A DNA stretch of 64,000 nucleotides, from positions 53,878,001-53,942,000 of the forward strand of contig CM097888.1 of assembly GCA_044892525.1 (NCBI GenBank). The letters run 5' to 3'. A program made the translations under genes and the position numbers. The stretch comes from Schmidtea polychroa (Eukaryota). This document shows, piece after piece, positions 13,746-26,939 of the stretch (its first letter is position 1; each line of letters starts with the position of its first letter). Under the pieces are notes generated by a model, which made no database searches, had not been told where the DNA came from, and saw only the letters and a list, made by a program, of their open reading frames with translations.

Positions 13746-15399
13746 TTAAAACCTTCAACAGCTAATGAACTAAAGTTAAATATATTATCGTTTTCAAATT
13801 TACAAAAATGCCTTTTGACTTTTTATTATTTTAAAATAATTATTTGATAACATATTTAAGATTTATTCTATTTTTAATAAAAACATTATATTTCCAAAAA
13901 CTCACCACCCTTTTATTTTCTTTTCTTTTTAATATAATTAAGTGGGAATTCCAAATTCATTACACCATAGGATCAATTAAACAAGATCAATGAAAAACAC
14001 TCTCTATGATTGAATTTGAAATGAGGATTCTTCTTGAAAATGCCCATAGTTGTCAAAAATCATCCCGACTATTTGTTTATAATTCAAAAGAAAATTTTAC
14101 ATTTCGGTAACATTGTTCACACTTAAATAATTTTTCACTAAATATTTTAAAAGAAAAAAATAATAAAAAAATTTAAATAATTTTTTCAATAAAATATTTT
14201 ATCCCCTGCACCACTGATCAATTGTTTTTATTATTGATTTATTTTTTATTTATTTCTAACTAAATATCAATATTTATATTTGTTTAACAGAAAGTTTGGC
14301 ACAGATTTATTAAAAAACAATTAAAATTAAAATGTTTCAACTAATTATATTTTTTAAAATTAATTAATTATTCAATTAAATTTAATAAATTTACTATTAC
14401 AAATATGAAATATGTTAAATATTATTTTGATAGATGTGTCAACGTCAGATAACAGACAAGACCCCTTAGAAAGAAGGTCAAATTTTTTATGTAATAAGGA
14501 GGTCGCTGATAAGCACGGAAACCATAAATAGTTAGGGTCAAAACAAGGTACGCTGCATATAGAAAATAACTAGGTCAATTTGAGGATATTTTGAATGTCA
14601 AATATTAATTTTAAATTAAGTAGGTCAGTATAAAATAAAATAATGCTAAGAGACAATGTCATGTTTTTCCAAATATTTCCTTAAAATAAAAAATAAAACG
14701 TAAAAAGAAATTATTATTAACAAAAATGAAATATTTGGCTTCGAGATTTAATTTTTGTGTAATTAAATTGATCGAAAATGTTACATTTAATTGCCATTTG
14801 TAATAGATCATCAAAACATTTCTGAGAAGTAGGCTTTTACAGGAAAAGTTTTAATAATTTCATTCATGAAAATCATTTTCATAAATAAATTTTAAATATT
14901 TTATTTATTATTATTATGACAATCAAATAACACTTGGTGAAGTCAGTGATGAAAATTAAATTTTTTGATTTATAGTCATAATGAAAATAAATCAAAGGTG
15001 AATAAAAAAAATTAAAATTTCGCATAATTGTTTTAATGCTGGTGTGTTATTTTTTATATATAACCTTAACCTATAACTCTAAAATTAAAATCAACTGCCC
15101 CGTAAAAATTACGCTTGTCAGTACGGGTTGCATAGTGCTGTACATTTTTTCTTGAATCTTGCAAATTCAATAAAGATATTGCAAGAATTTTCTGAAAACT
15201 AAGATATGTTTTACTTCCTTTATGTTTGTTCAATAACCAATGTGTGTTCTATACTGAAATATTAAGTATACGAAATACCGCTGTTATGTACCACCTAAAG
15301 GTCGTTTCGGTCTACACCTGATATGTATTTAATGTAATCTGCAATCATTATGGGTTTTTGTGATATAATCCCCTTTATGTATTCATTTATTTCGGCATT

Positions 15400-15750
15400 A
15401 AGCAAAGATGATATCATCAAGACAATGCGTTACCTATATCGCCATTCGTAAATCTTTTTCACTATATTTCGATAGCATCACCAGGTTACCTACATTCACG
15501 ACGGATGAATAACTATACTATATTGATAATATATAAACAAATTATAAGCAACCAATCCAATTGAACATAGTTTTTCATCTAAGGACTTCCTCCGTATCTT
15601 TTCTGTTTCCAACATTCTTCTAAGCGTTCTTTGATGTATTAATTGGATATTTTTATTTGAAAGGCAATCACTAAGCTTCATTTTAAAAAATGAAGGAAGG
15701 AATTATCCTTTCCTCGACACAAGTTTCAAGAAAACAAATATCCAATTCCT
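15400..15750 (+). pseudogene. Possible Penelope-like reverse transcriptase remnant
   Basis: LMY*LDIFI (YVDDIF-like) followed by NEGRNYPFLDT (E.N..LPFLD-like, typical of PLE RT); very degraded. Confidence 0.35.
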
Positions 15751-16257
15751 TTTTTCTAAGCGCACAAATTCAAGAAATATAATACTATTAAAATATTATT
15801 TTTTGTATTTTTTGATTTGAAAGACAGTCATGGAAGTCAATGAGACTCACATAGGCTATTCCATATTTTATGTTTCACTGAAAGAAAAATAAAAGTGAAG
15901 TTTCCCAAAGCATTTATTGGACTTTTAGTGTCTAATTGAAAGTCAACAAATGCAGGCGTTGATAAAATATATTACTAAGTGTTACATTTAAAATTATAAA
16001 TAATTCTAATTTACATGAACACCGCTGAGCTAGTAGTAAAAAAGATAATTTAAAAATAATTAAAAAAACATGTTCAAAGGCAAGCATGAATACGTATAAT
16101 AATTATTTCAATATAGTCGGTAAAAACAAATAATATCATTAATTAATATTATTAGACGGAAAATAAGTAATTTAATTCTTATAAGCTTATTATCAAATTA
16201 GGTAATCTAATTTTGATATTAAAATACCATTTATTTTACAAAACCAAATAAAATAGT

Positions 16258-16622
16258 AAAAAAGGCCGATTGATTAAAGCACCAGCACTCAAGGCTTCCA
16301 TGAAAGCTTTGATAACTAATCTGGCGATTGTACCGAGATTGTTGATGAGTTCAGCTTTAGTCATACCGACTCCATTATCGTACAATGTCAAATTATTGGA
16401 ATCTTTATCTGGAATAACTTTAATCATTGACTCCTTTTGGCTATCCAAGACTGATTTACCCGTTAAGGTCTTATAACGAACTTTATCAAGAGCATCGCTA
16501 TCATTGAAAATCAATCCTTTAAGGAAGATTTCTTTGATTGAAAAGGTGTTGATGATTAAGCTCATCAACTGAGAGATCTCAGCTTGGAAATCAAAGGTTT
16601 CAGCTTCTCAAATTTTTGACAT
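16258..16622 (-). pseudogene. HSP90: Hsp90 N-terminal fragment, intronless, with in-frame stop
   Basis: ATG at 16622: [49 protein letters not shown]...[34 protein letters not shown] at codon 5; the FYSN motif is shortened; similarity ends around the DISMIGQFG region. Confidence 0.9.
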
Positions 16623-16789
16623 TTTTTTAATAGATGTTCGAAAGAAGCATGTATGTTATTTTTTGAATATTTAAATAATCATTTTAATTTAATCAATTTA
16701 ATAATGTATTTTAAATTTATTTAATAAATTGATATAATTATTAATTTGCAAGTCAAGCACTACAATTAGTAAAATTAAAAATTTTCAAA

Positions 16790-16975
16790 AAAGTTACCTT
16801 CGATCGATTTGAAATTTTAAAAGAATGCATTGTTGTCAACCACGAATTTATCTGAGAAATATCAGCTCAATCCAATCACGGAAGTGGGTTAATTTGCCTT
16901 TACAAGATTTGCGTGGCTCATACAAACATACAAACATACATACAAAGTGAAGTTAATATAGGAGTTTAAAAAATG
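16790..16975. mobile_element. Helentron-associated (HINE/DINE-1-like) non-autonomous element fragment
   Basis: atcacggaagtgggttaattt, (ACAT/ACAA)n tract and gtgaagttaatata end; homologous to 40590-41215 and 56010-56310. Confidence 0.5.
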
Positions 16976-17001
16976 ATTGAAATTATAAATACAATTGTGT
17001 A

Positions 17002-17316
17002 CAGGAATACCTCGAACAGTACGGTTAATCGGTTCTGGAATTTAGCCGTACCATTTGAAACCAGACTATTCGAGGCATTCTGGCGCTAATAAATTTACAG
17101 CTTATTTATTCAATTTTTTATTAAAACTACAAACCAGAAATTAAACGTAACAAAACAAATTATTAAACACGTGCCGTATGATTTAATTTTTAAAAACTTT
17201 TTTAAATTTCGAAAATTTTATTTAATCACTTTAAAAACAATCATATTTTGAATATTTCAAAACCGTACTATAGAGAAACCGTACTGATCGAAACCGTACT
17301 ATGCGAGGTATTCCTG
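17002..17316. mobile_element. Tc1/mariner-superfamily (pogo/Tigger-like) MITE, 315 bp
   Basis: TA|CAGGAATACCTCG..AGTACGGTT and AACCGTACT..CGAGGTATTCCTG|TA terminal inverted repeats with TA TSD. Confidence 0.9.
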
Positions 17317-17361
17317 TATATACTAATTGACAAACCCTTAGTAATAAAAAAATAATATTAA

Positions 17362-18121
17362 CCTTGCAGCAGGCGCTTGTCGTAAATTTTACGTCATCAA
17401 GTTTTCTCCATGTAAGTGGTGTTTTCTTTATATAAATGTTGGGTAATTTCTGTAGGTTATGAAAAATTATTTGACTTTCTTAAAAAAACGAAACAACACT
17501 CAAAATATGCTAATATTTCAAAACAAAATATTTTATAGACCTATTTTATTTAAGTCAGAATCAATATTGTCATCCTTACAATTGTTACAAACTATCTCAA
17601 CTGAAGAATGGTTCTTGCGTGTAAAGGACCTGCAACGGAAACACTTCATTGATGCTGAGGATCTTTTCTTATCCACTGCACATAACCGATTTATTTTTTC
17701 CAATGTAAAAATCTTCCATTGTTTTCTCCTCTCCTTCAGATTCATCTGTAGTGTTTTTTTGTTCAGTAGCACTTTCTTCAGCTTGTTGCTCGATTTCTTC
17801 TTCCGAAAACTTGCTGTCACTCGAGGGAAAAAAGTCTCATCTCCATAAAAAGAAACAATATAAGTGAGAAATCAATAAAAAATGTAGTTTATTTAATATA
17901 CTTACACTTTAAGGCGCGTGTCGTAAAATTTATGATCAACGGAAATTTCAAAATATCAATGTATAACAAAAACGTCAATGCACACCCGGTACGTCTGCAG
18001 TTTAGAGAGACACTGACCATAGCAAACCTCGGAGCTCGATGCAAGAAACTAAGTGGTTAGAGTGGGGGAAGCGGTAATGTGCATTTGTCGTAAAGTTTAC
18101 GACAGTGCACCCACTGAAAGG
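17362..18121 (-). mobile_element. Internally deleted piggyBac element, 760 bp
   Basis: TTAA|CCTTGCAG...GTCGTAAA and TTTACGAC...CTGAAAGG|TTAA ends. The minus ORF 17820-17533 ends in RLCAVDKKRSSASMKCFRCRSFTRKNHSSVEIVCNNC, like the piggyBac C-terminal Cys-rich domain. Confidence 0.85.
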
Positions 18122-19069
18122 TTAACTAAATAATAACCTAATTTGAAATCCTTAATCCGTTTATAGCCAGCGTTCCAAATAGAAACAATTAAAAATAATT
18201 GTATATTTTATATTTTCAAATATTTTTTAATTTTTCATTTTAGTTTAATATTTATTTCACAAATGTTCTAGTTTTATTTGGAGATTTAATACATAAGCTT
18301 ATAAAATTGTTGTTATCTGCTATAAGTTGATATCCGAAGAACTATAGGAAATTTGGTGCCAAATGGTTTAATCTTATTTAATTAACATAAAATTTACATA
18401 AACTATAAGAATAATAAAATTTAAATCACATAAATCATACAAAAAAGTTCTATACTTTATCCACGAAACAAGAACTACTAAATCCATTCAGAAATGTTTC
18501 TATAAGGCTATGTATGTCCCTTGCTATATCTTGCTTTTGTCATATTTACATTTATCGGGGATAATAATTATACAATGGCACGGAATTACATTTTAATGCA
18601 ACACTATTAACACGTCTATATCATTTGTATATTATTTCCCAGGCAATAGTTACAAGTCTCGAAAATTTCTAAGAATGCAAATATGTTCATATTTTCATTT
18701 TTCTATCAACATTTTTTCACGTGTATTTTTTAAATAATAAAAAATATTCAAAGCAACATCTACAATCGGGTGTTTCTTAGGGTGTCTAAAGAAGTAAGAT
18801 TTTTCTTCTATGTTATAACAAAAATTCAAATTTTTACTGTTCCTCAATCTAGAATAACTAGTAAAAATTATTAATTATTTACAATTAAAAATAATAAAGA
18901 GGTTGTAAATAAAGTGGAATTGGGTGAGGAAAACAGGGGGAAATTTTATTTAAATACAATTTTTGAAAATTTCCAGCTTACTAATTGTTTCTAACATTTA
19001 TTATTGAAAAATAATATTATTTTGAATGTTAATTTCTTTTAATAGAAAATTAGTAAGAATGATAGATGT

Positions 19070-19745
19070 TACTGACTATGAATCAGCAAAGATATCGATG
19101 GTTTTTTGATATTCAGTAATTTTCGGCAAAGCCTTTTTTGAATGATTTTAATCATTATCTATTAAATTTTGAAAATATGGGGAAAAATGAATTTATTTTG
19201 TATTATATATTAATATTATTTGTCAATTTTAATTTTAATTTTTAATTTAAAATTTTAAATAATATTAAGTTTTAAGATAATTTTGATTTAAATTTTACAA
19301 GTTTTTTTAAATAAAAGTTTTTTGATAAGAATTTCTGTGCTTAATCTTTGTAATGTATTTTTGAAGGCATCTTGTATCATTAGGCATTTTGTTTCGTGTA
19401 ACAGTGGTGCTGATTTCTGTAGTATTTTCCGGTGTTCGAGATAATTACTGGTTTTGTTTTTGATGTGTTCGCTGAGTCCTGTTCGAAATGTTCTATGTGT
19501 TTCCCCTATGTACGATGCGTCGCATCTTGTGCAAATGATTTTATATATAATATTTTTTGAAAAGTAAAAACATTGTGTAGAAGAGTGGCATAGACAATCT
19601 CCACGAAACAGGTCTGATGCTGGTCTGATATATGAATCAGTAAATATATCGATGTTTTTGATATTCACTAATTCGTATTCTTTAAGCTTTTTAATAAATA
19701 TAATGGAAAAGATCAGTGGTGAAATTGGTAAAAAAGTTCTTATAA
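19070..19745 (-). mobile_element. Truncated Penelope-like element: GIY-YIG endonuclease fragment between family-A direct repeats
   Basis: ORF 19668-19288 contains IIYKIICTRCDASYIGETHRTFRTGLSEH. Repeats tatgaatcag(c/t)aaa(g/t)atatcgatg...ttttgatattca occur at ~19078 and ~19631. Confidence 0.8.
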
Positions 19746-20039
19746 AATATATAATAGAAAATCACCAACTAAGTATATTAAAATATAACATTGCTATATA
19801 TTTCAACCGTTTAACAATCTTCTTCAGGCTAAGAATCGTATTAATCAAAACTAAACAAAAATAATAATATTCAAACAAGTTAACAAATAATAATCGTTAT
19901 CAAAGTTTACCAAAAAGATATTTTAATAAAATTTTAAAAAACATTTTTTTTAATTATATAAAAATTATTTTATTTTTAAAAACGCACACAATTGTTAACA
20001 TTCTCTAGATAAGAAGATTGTTTCAACGTCTTGCAAGGT

Positions 20040-20286
20040 TCGTAGCATGTTCAATAATAAGTCGACAACTTTAGTAGGTCTGTGTTCAGAACTCTTGTAT
20101 CAATTTTCACGTAATGGGTGTAATACCACATATATTGTAGATTGCCTATGATTTCTGCACTCGAGTTCTTGAGCATTGCCGACGGAATGGATTGACCCAC
20201 ATTAGTGATCATTTTAAGAAGTGTACCAGTAAAAAAATAAGTATTGCTGATTTTATGATCTTTGCCTAAAGAAGACTGTTGACGAT

Positions 20287-20290
<4 letters not shown>
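20040..20290 (+). mobile_element. Second Penelope-like GIY-YIG remnant ending in a decayed hammerhead-like motif
   Basis: YQFSRNGCNTTYI...TRVLEHC...HISDHFKKC with a frameshift, then cctaaagaagactgttgacgatcaaaa running into (TA)n. Confidence 0.65.

Positions 20291-20357
<67 letters not shown>
20291..20357. repeat. (TA)n microsatellite
   Basis: Direct observation. Confidence 0.95.
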
Positions 20358-20361
<4 letters not shown>

Positions 20362-20949
20362 GAATGATATATTCGTTTTCGGCTTTTTTATCGAGAATAT
20401 ATTTTTAGGCTTTGTAACGCAATTTCCGTTTTATGTATTTTAGTGAAAGTTAATTAATATTTAAAATTAATAAAACACTTTATTTAATCAAAATTAAAAA
20501 AATCCTACAATATTTGTAATTATTTCTGATTTCTAATTATATTCACCGAAATTCGTCAAATAAAAAATCGAAGTTGAAAATAAATAGTTTGTAAACATTC
20601 TTAGTCAAGTTAGCAAGACTTAATGAATCTTGATAAAGAATGAGAAATAAATCTGCCGGTATACTTAAGGTTTTTATTGATCTAGTGTTCGGAACACACC
20701 ATAATATAATAAAAATAAAATAATTGCTCTTTAATAAATTTTAAAAAATTATCTAAAATGATTGGATAATTAAAATATCAAATTTTAATTAAATATCTAA
20801 AAATATCTTTATAAAATTGGTCTATTAAAACAAAAAAAAATTATACAAATTGTTCATCAAACCAATTACTTATAATGAATTTTGAGTTTTACATTTCATT
20901 TGAAAAGAAAACGAAATTAAGGAAAGATAAATTCATAAGGTACACTCAC

Positions 20950-21072
20950 TCAATACTTTGCAATGCAGTAGGAGGTCAAAATGGACATTTTTCTCTGCTT
21001 TGAAGTCAAACGTTTCTTCTAATAACGGTTCACTGGCAACCTCAACAGAAACAACGATTTTGTGAACTGTTT
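20950..21072 (-). CDS. Candidate internal exon (123 nt, phase 1-1), unknown protein
   Basis: ttttctaatttag acceptor, GTGAGT donor, open frame ETVHKIVVSVEVASEPLLEETFDFKAEKNVHFDLLLHCKVL. Confidence 0.5.
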
Positions 21073-23161
21073 CTAAATTAGAAAATAAATTTGTAAAATA
21101 TAAATATTTTTGTTTTATTTTGCTGATTTCATCTCTTTTATAGAATTTATGGATGTGAAACAAAATCAATAATAAAAATATTTGAGGGCCCAAATTTTCA
21201 AAGATTTTCAAAATATTATAAAATTAAATAAAGTTTACTTAAGTTCGAAATTTTGCATTTATAATCATTTATTTTGCTTTTATTTTTAATAATTAATTAG
21301 CTGTAAAATGATAAGCATTTTTTTCTTAAAATTACGGCTATATTTACATCTAGGTTACACATTTTTCACAGAGAGGTCATTGGTGAATTTCCTTATTTCC
21401 TTTTTCAAAATATACAAAACGATGATTAAATCTAAATTACTCAAAAGTCACACGTTGTTTATATACAACGTTCATTAATGGTACTTTTAGCTTTCGCTAT
21501 TATTACTTTTATTTTTTTTAAATTTTAAAATTTATTTATAAATTTTTACTTATATAATTTTAGTTTTTTTTATTTTAATAATAGTCACTAGGTCAGTTTT
21601 GCAATTATATGAATGTTTATTATTGTGAGGTGTGAGTTTATAATTTTCAAAAAATAATAAAATTAAGTTGGATTTAAAGAAAATTGAGATTATAATTTTA
21701 ATATCAATTAAATTAAATTTAAATATGCAATAAAAATAAATTTATACAGTATGTTGAAATGTATGGTTGAAATTAAAGATTTATCTTATCAACATACATT
21801 ATAGAATTATCGACACCTCTGAAATACATTTGTATAAAAGAGGTTATTGCCTTGTAGTTGTTTAAATAATAGTGTTGTGTGAAAAATAAACTGTTGGAAT
21901 TTAAATCTTTTTTTTTAAAATTTAATTACGATGACAGATGAAAATGATTGCAACTAACAACTATTATTTATACATATAACATATGGCTGTTTTTAAAATT
22001 AATTCAAAAAATTTAATTTAAATTATAAGTTCATTTTATAGAACGACATAATATTATAAAGTTTGCAAATCATGGCCTTAAATAGTAAAAGAAAAGAAAA
22101 TATTCTTAATCTTAGAAAATATTTGAAGGTGACAAAAGATATAATACAAAAACAAGGTTGATTAATTTATTTTCTTTTTAATAAAAGTTGTAGTTATCGT
22201 TGACGTTTATTTATCTTTTATATTCTAATTGGTAGCTAGGCGTACACTCGACTTATTCGACTTATTCATAAACTCGACCTATTCATAACATACACGCACG
22301 CCTACTGTCCCAAACAGTCATTTTTGCGGAAACTCTGTTGGCCTCAACAATCTTCCTCTACTCAATATCTCCAAGTCATTTTTTCTTTTAAGGAATAAGT
22401 AACATAATTACTAACATTTATAATTGTATTTTGATAACATAAATATTTTATCATATATGTCAAATGCATTTGTAATTTAAGAAAGTATGCTTATAAACTG
22501 GAATAGACCAAATTGGTAGTCAATTTTATAGTACAGTGAGTAATACAATGAGTTAGTGATTATGCAAGCTCTACTATTTAAAGAATACAATTATGTTATT
22601 TAAATATAAATTTAAAGATGAATTCAAGAGTACTAACTGGAATTATTTCCATTTCAAAGTAAATCATAATAAATGTCATTGCTGACAGAGGTTTCAACAC
22701 ACAGATAAGTTTCCGTGATTTCTATATACAGTAATTTTGTTTAATTATTAAAAATGTAATGGATTGAAAAGGTGTGAGGCTGATAGTTAAATAATTAATG
22801 AAAAAATAAAAAACAGGATTACGGTAAAAAAGCATAATTGTCATGCTATAATCAATGTAATGCATAATGTAAAACGAATTCGTTAAATATTATATATTGA
22901 TATCAACAGTTCCTTGAGCTCTTTATTTTCATCACATATAATGACAGTAGGATAACTAATAATTACTTGATGTATTTTTTAATTAGTTCTTTCTCTCAAT
23001 TTTTATGCATGAGACCTATGAACCAGTAGACTCTTTGAACAACTTCATTACATATACTGTATAATTAAAAATGAATTTTCGAATTAATGAGTTTTCGAAT
23101 TTTTAATAACATTAATTATTAAAAACACTATTATTATATTATTATTATTTTATAATTATTA

Positions 23162-23164
<3 letters not shown>

Positions 23165-23225
<61 letters not shown>

Positions 23226-23240
23226 ATATTATTATTATAA
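23165..23240. repeat. (ATT)n microsatellite
   Basis: Direct observation. Confidence 0.95.
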
Positions 23241-26200
23241 AACATTAATTAAATGTTAAACAAGTAAATGATAATATAGGTCTTTTGCTGCAAAGTAAAA
23301 GGTAAATATTTTAGATTATGAAAAACTCTCATTTTATTCAATATATACTTTGCAGCAAAAGGCTTTTATTATCNNNNNNNNNNNNNNNNNNNNNNNNNNN
23401 NNNNNNNNNNNNNNNNNNNNNNNNNNNNNNNNNNNNNNNNNNNNNNNNNNNNNNNNNNNNNNNNNNNNNNNNNNNNNNNNNNNNNNNNNNNNNNNNNNNN
23501 NNNNNNNNNNNNNNNNNNNNNNNNNNNACACTATAATGGCTTTTGTATTTCAAATTTTAATTTCATTTTTCTGTCATTGTATTATGTCAAGTGTTAAATT
23601 AACTTATAAAAATGAAACGAAAAATAAACTTAAAATGTTTTATTAAAAAATCTAATGATACTTCAACTAATTAATGTAATATTTAAATAAATTTTAAATA
23701 AATTTTCTTTGCGAGATGTTAAATTTTAAAATATTAAATTTCTTTCAAACCTTTAAAGCCATTTTATACATCATAAAATTAAATTAAATAAATATCCCTT
23801 AAAGAGGCCCAATCACAGAAACGGGACCAATTTCCAAGCATCCGCAATCCACAGGATTCCGAATTCCAGCCCTTTGCAAGTTTTTTAAAAATACTATTAA
23901 CACAAATAAATAGACAAAATTTTATATCTTGTTTTTTCTATAATAAAACTAAATATATTGGTTATATGTTCAATTTTAAATTTCGTGTTCTTTTAATATA
24001 TTAAGGGACCCCGAAATTTCTGTTATTAGCCTTGTCTTTAAATTAGGTAACCAGCCATTATTTGACATTACCATTATATTTTCACCCATTAAATAAAATA
24101 GAAATTCATAAAAAAATTTACACAATAACCAATATGACTAAATTTTATTTTTAACAATGTGTTAATAGATTTTGTGAAATATTCCATAAAAGAGAAAATC
24201 CAAAAAATAACAATAATAAATATGTACTTTTATATATTTTTATTGTATTTTATGCATCTTACATTTACGAATATTAGTTGAATGATTTTAAGTATTATTA
24301 TTTGTAAATCCGTATTTGCCGCGATCTTGTGAGTATTGCTCAATGGGAGGCGGCGGTTTGTCTTCAGCATTCTCTTAACTCCAGATCATCCAGGATGAAG
24401 CGCAAAAAAAAAGCACAAACACTATAATAATCTAAAAGGGGAAAATACTTAAAAACAATACAAAAGCCAAAATCTAAAACTGCCATTTATATAAAATACA
24501 ATAGGGAAAAGTTAATTTTTTTCTTTTTATCAACGGTTGGCAAATTTTCCGAAATGTTTTGTATTCACAATAACTTCAGTTTAAAAGTTTTTGTATAATA
24601 AAACATTCCAATTTTTATACGTTACAATTATTTAATAAAATCATTTAAACAAATAATCATAAATATTTTTCAAAAACTAACAACTCACACTTATCTATTA
24701 TGCATGAATGATTACTTAAATTAAGAAAATCATCCATTATTTCAATTATACGCTGAAGAATAAAAGAACAAATAAAATGTTATTCTAAGTGGTTTTGATA
24801 ATTAAAATAAAAATATAAGATAAAAATCAGAAAAATGACTCACAGTAAAACTTGTCAAAAGCATTCCCTAGATCAGCTTCAAAAATTAGATCAGTTCAAG
24901 ATTCATCCGTTAAAACACTATATCCTTAGTAGACCAAGAAATATTAAGAATAAAATGAATTTATTAACCGATGGTACTTAATAATATCATCAGCGGGAAT
25001 AATGTAAATAAAGTAATTGTGAATATTTTGTCATTTTAATTATTTTTCATTTTTATAAATTGGGACTTGATCGTATTTGAAGTAGTTTTATTTTTCACTA
25101 CTGCTACAGATATATATATATACTAATTCCTTATAAGTTACATATTTATGACACAATGAGCATCTCAACGTTAAGGTAGTAAAACTTAAAATAATTTATA
25201 TTAAATAACATATGCATACATGTTAAATTTGTTTTAATTATTATAAAACTAAATATAAAAAGAAATTTTAAATATAATTAATTAAAACAATTTACCTGAA
25301 TTAAGTTTTTAAGGAAATTAAACATTAAAAGAAAGAGTATTAACTATTATTCACAAGATTACTGAGTTAATTGATAACTTTCGGGGTATAAAATTAATTT
25401 TATATAATTCTGAAACATTTTGTTTGATGCAAAATTCTTTTGAAATTAAAAAAATTAGTTTATAAAAAATAAAACTATGTCAAGGTCAATATTTCTCATA
25501 TTGAAGTAAATGATAAATGAATGAAATTCTACTGGAATTTTATATTTCAATACTATTTTAATTAAAATGATTTTATTATTTGACAAAAATTGGTCAATAA
25601 GAGATTCGAAAAGATAACCATAAATTTTAGATCCAGATTTTATCAAATGTTAATAAATGTTTATTTATTACGGAAGACGTCTTTAAAAAGACCACTCAAA
25701 GTATATTATTCTAATGTTCACAAAAACTTATTTTTTCTCATTTGTTTTTTGTCAATAAATTAAATAAGATTTATGTGAAAGATCGAATCATGATATACAC
25801 ATAAAGCAAACATGAAGAGTTACATATGATCAAATAGAAGTCAGAGTAATCAAATATCTCAAAATTATTTTTAATTAAATCACAAAAACTTTTATTTATC
25901 TGAGAAAGTTTAATGTAACTTTGTGTATATGATTTTTCACCTACATATAGTTTTATGTGATAATGCCATTTATAATACAGGTTAGTGCAAACCAATAGAT
26001 GAGTCATTATTTGTCAGTAATTATGAATTAATTAAATAATTCCTATGACAAATTTCATTCAATATTGACAGTAATTATGAATTCTTTAAACATAAATTCC
26101 TAGTTATGATTTATTTTCTTTTATTAAAATAATTTCAATAATAATTTATATTATATTTATATTTAATTAATAAATCAACTCCCGGATTTTTAACAATTAC

Positions 26201-26939
26201 TAAAGATATATTTTATTCACACTTTATCACTTTGAAATATTTAATATCGACCTAAACGGAACGGAACACGCAATTCAATTTATTTGACATATGAGAATAC
26301 TCAATTATTCATCAAGTGCAATAGCGTTTTCCTATATTCATAAGTAAACTGTTAAAAAGAAAATTTTCATTTTTTATATAAAAAAAATAAATTCGTAAAA
26401 TGGATGTCTATACAAAAAATATTCATAAATATATATTTATTAGTCTGGCATTCATCTCTCACAATTGTTTCATTAATTTCATCTGGATTTGAAGAATCAG
26501 GGAGGTAGCTAGGGGTGGCGGGCATAGTGGATTATTAAATATAAGTTAGGGATGGCATATTTTAATAATATCTTTATTTTGGTTTTGTTATTAGAATTGT
26601 ATGAGAATAAAAAAACAATGTATATTTTTAGTTAAGTCTTTTCAAATACAAGACAGTACAACTATGCTCGTGCTAGCTATTCCCGTAGTTTGTGGGTTTT
26701 TTCGGCACAACAAAGTACACAGAAGAGAGCCGGTTTAACGCGCGCAACCAACCCACACTTCTCGTATATGGCACATTTACGGGTGTTAGAAATACCATGA
26801 ATGATAAAAGGTTAAACGGTTTGGCTTTGTTATATTCATCAAAACATTAAAATAAATCCAGATGAAATACTTTCTGAATTAATGAAGGTACAAAGAAGAA
26901 TTAATATTATATTGTAATATATTCTATATACATAATATA

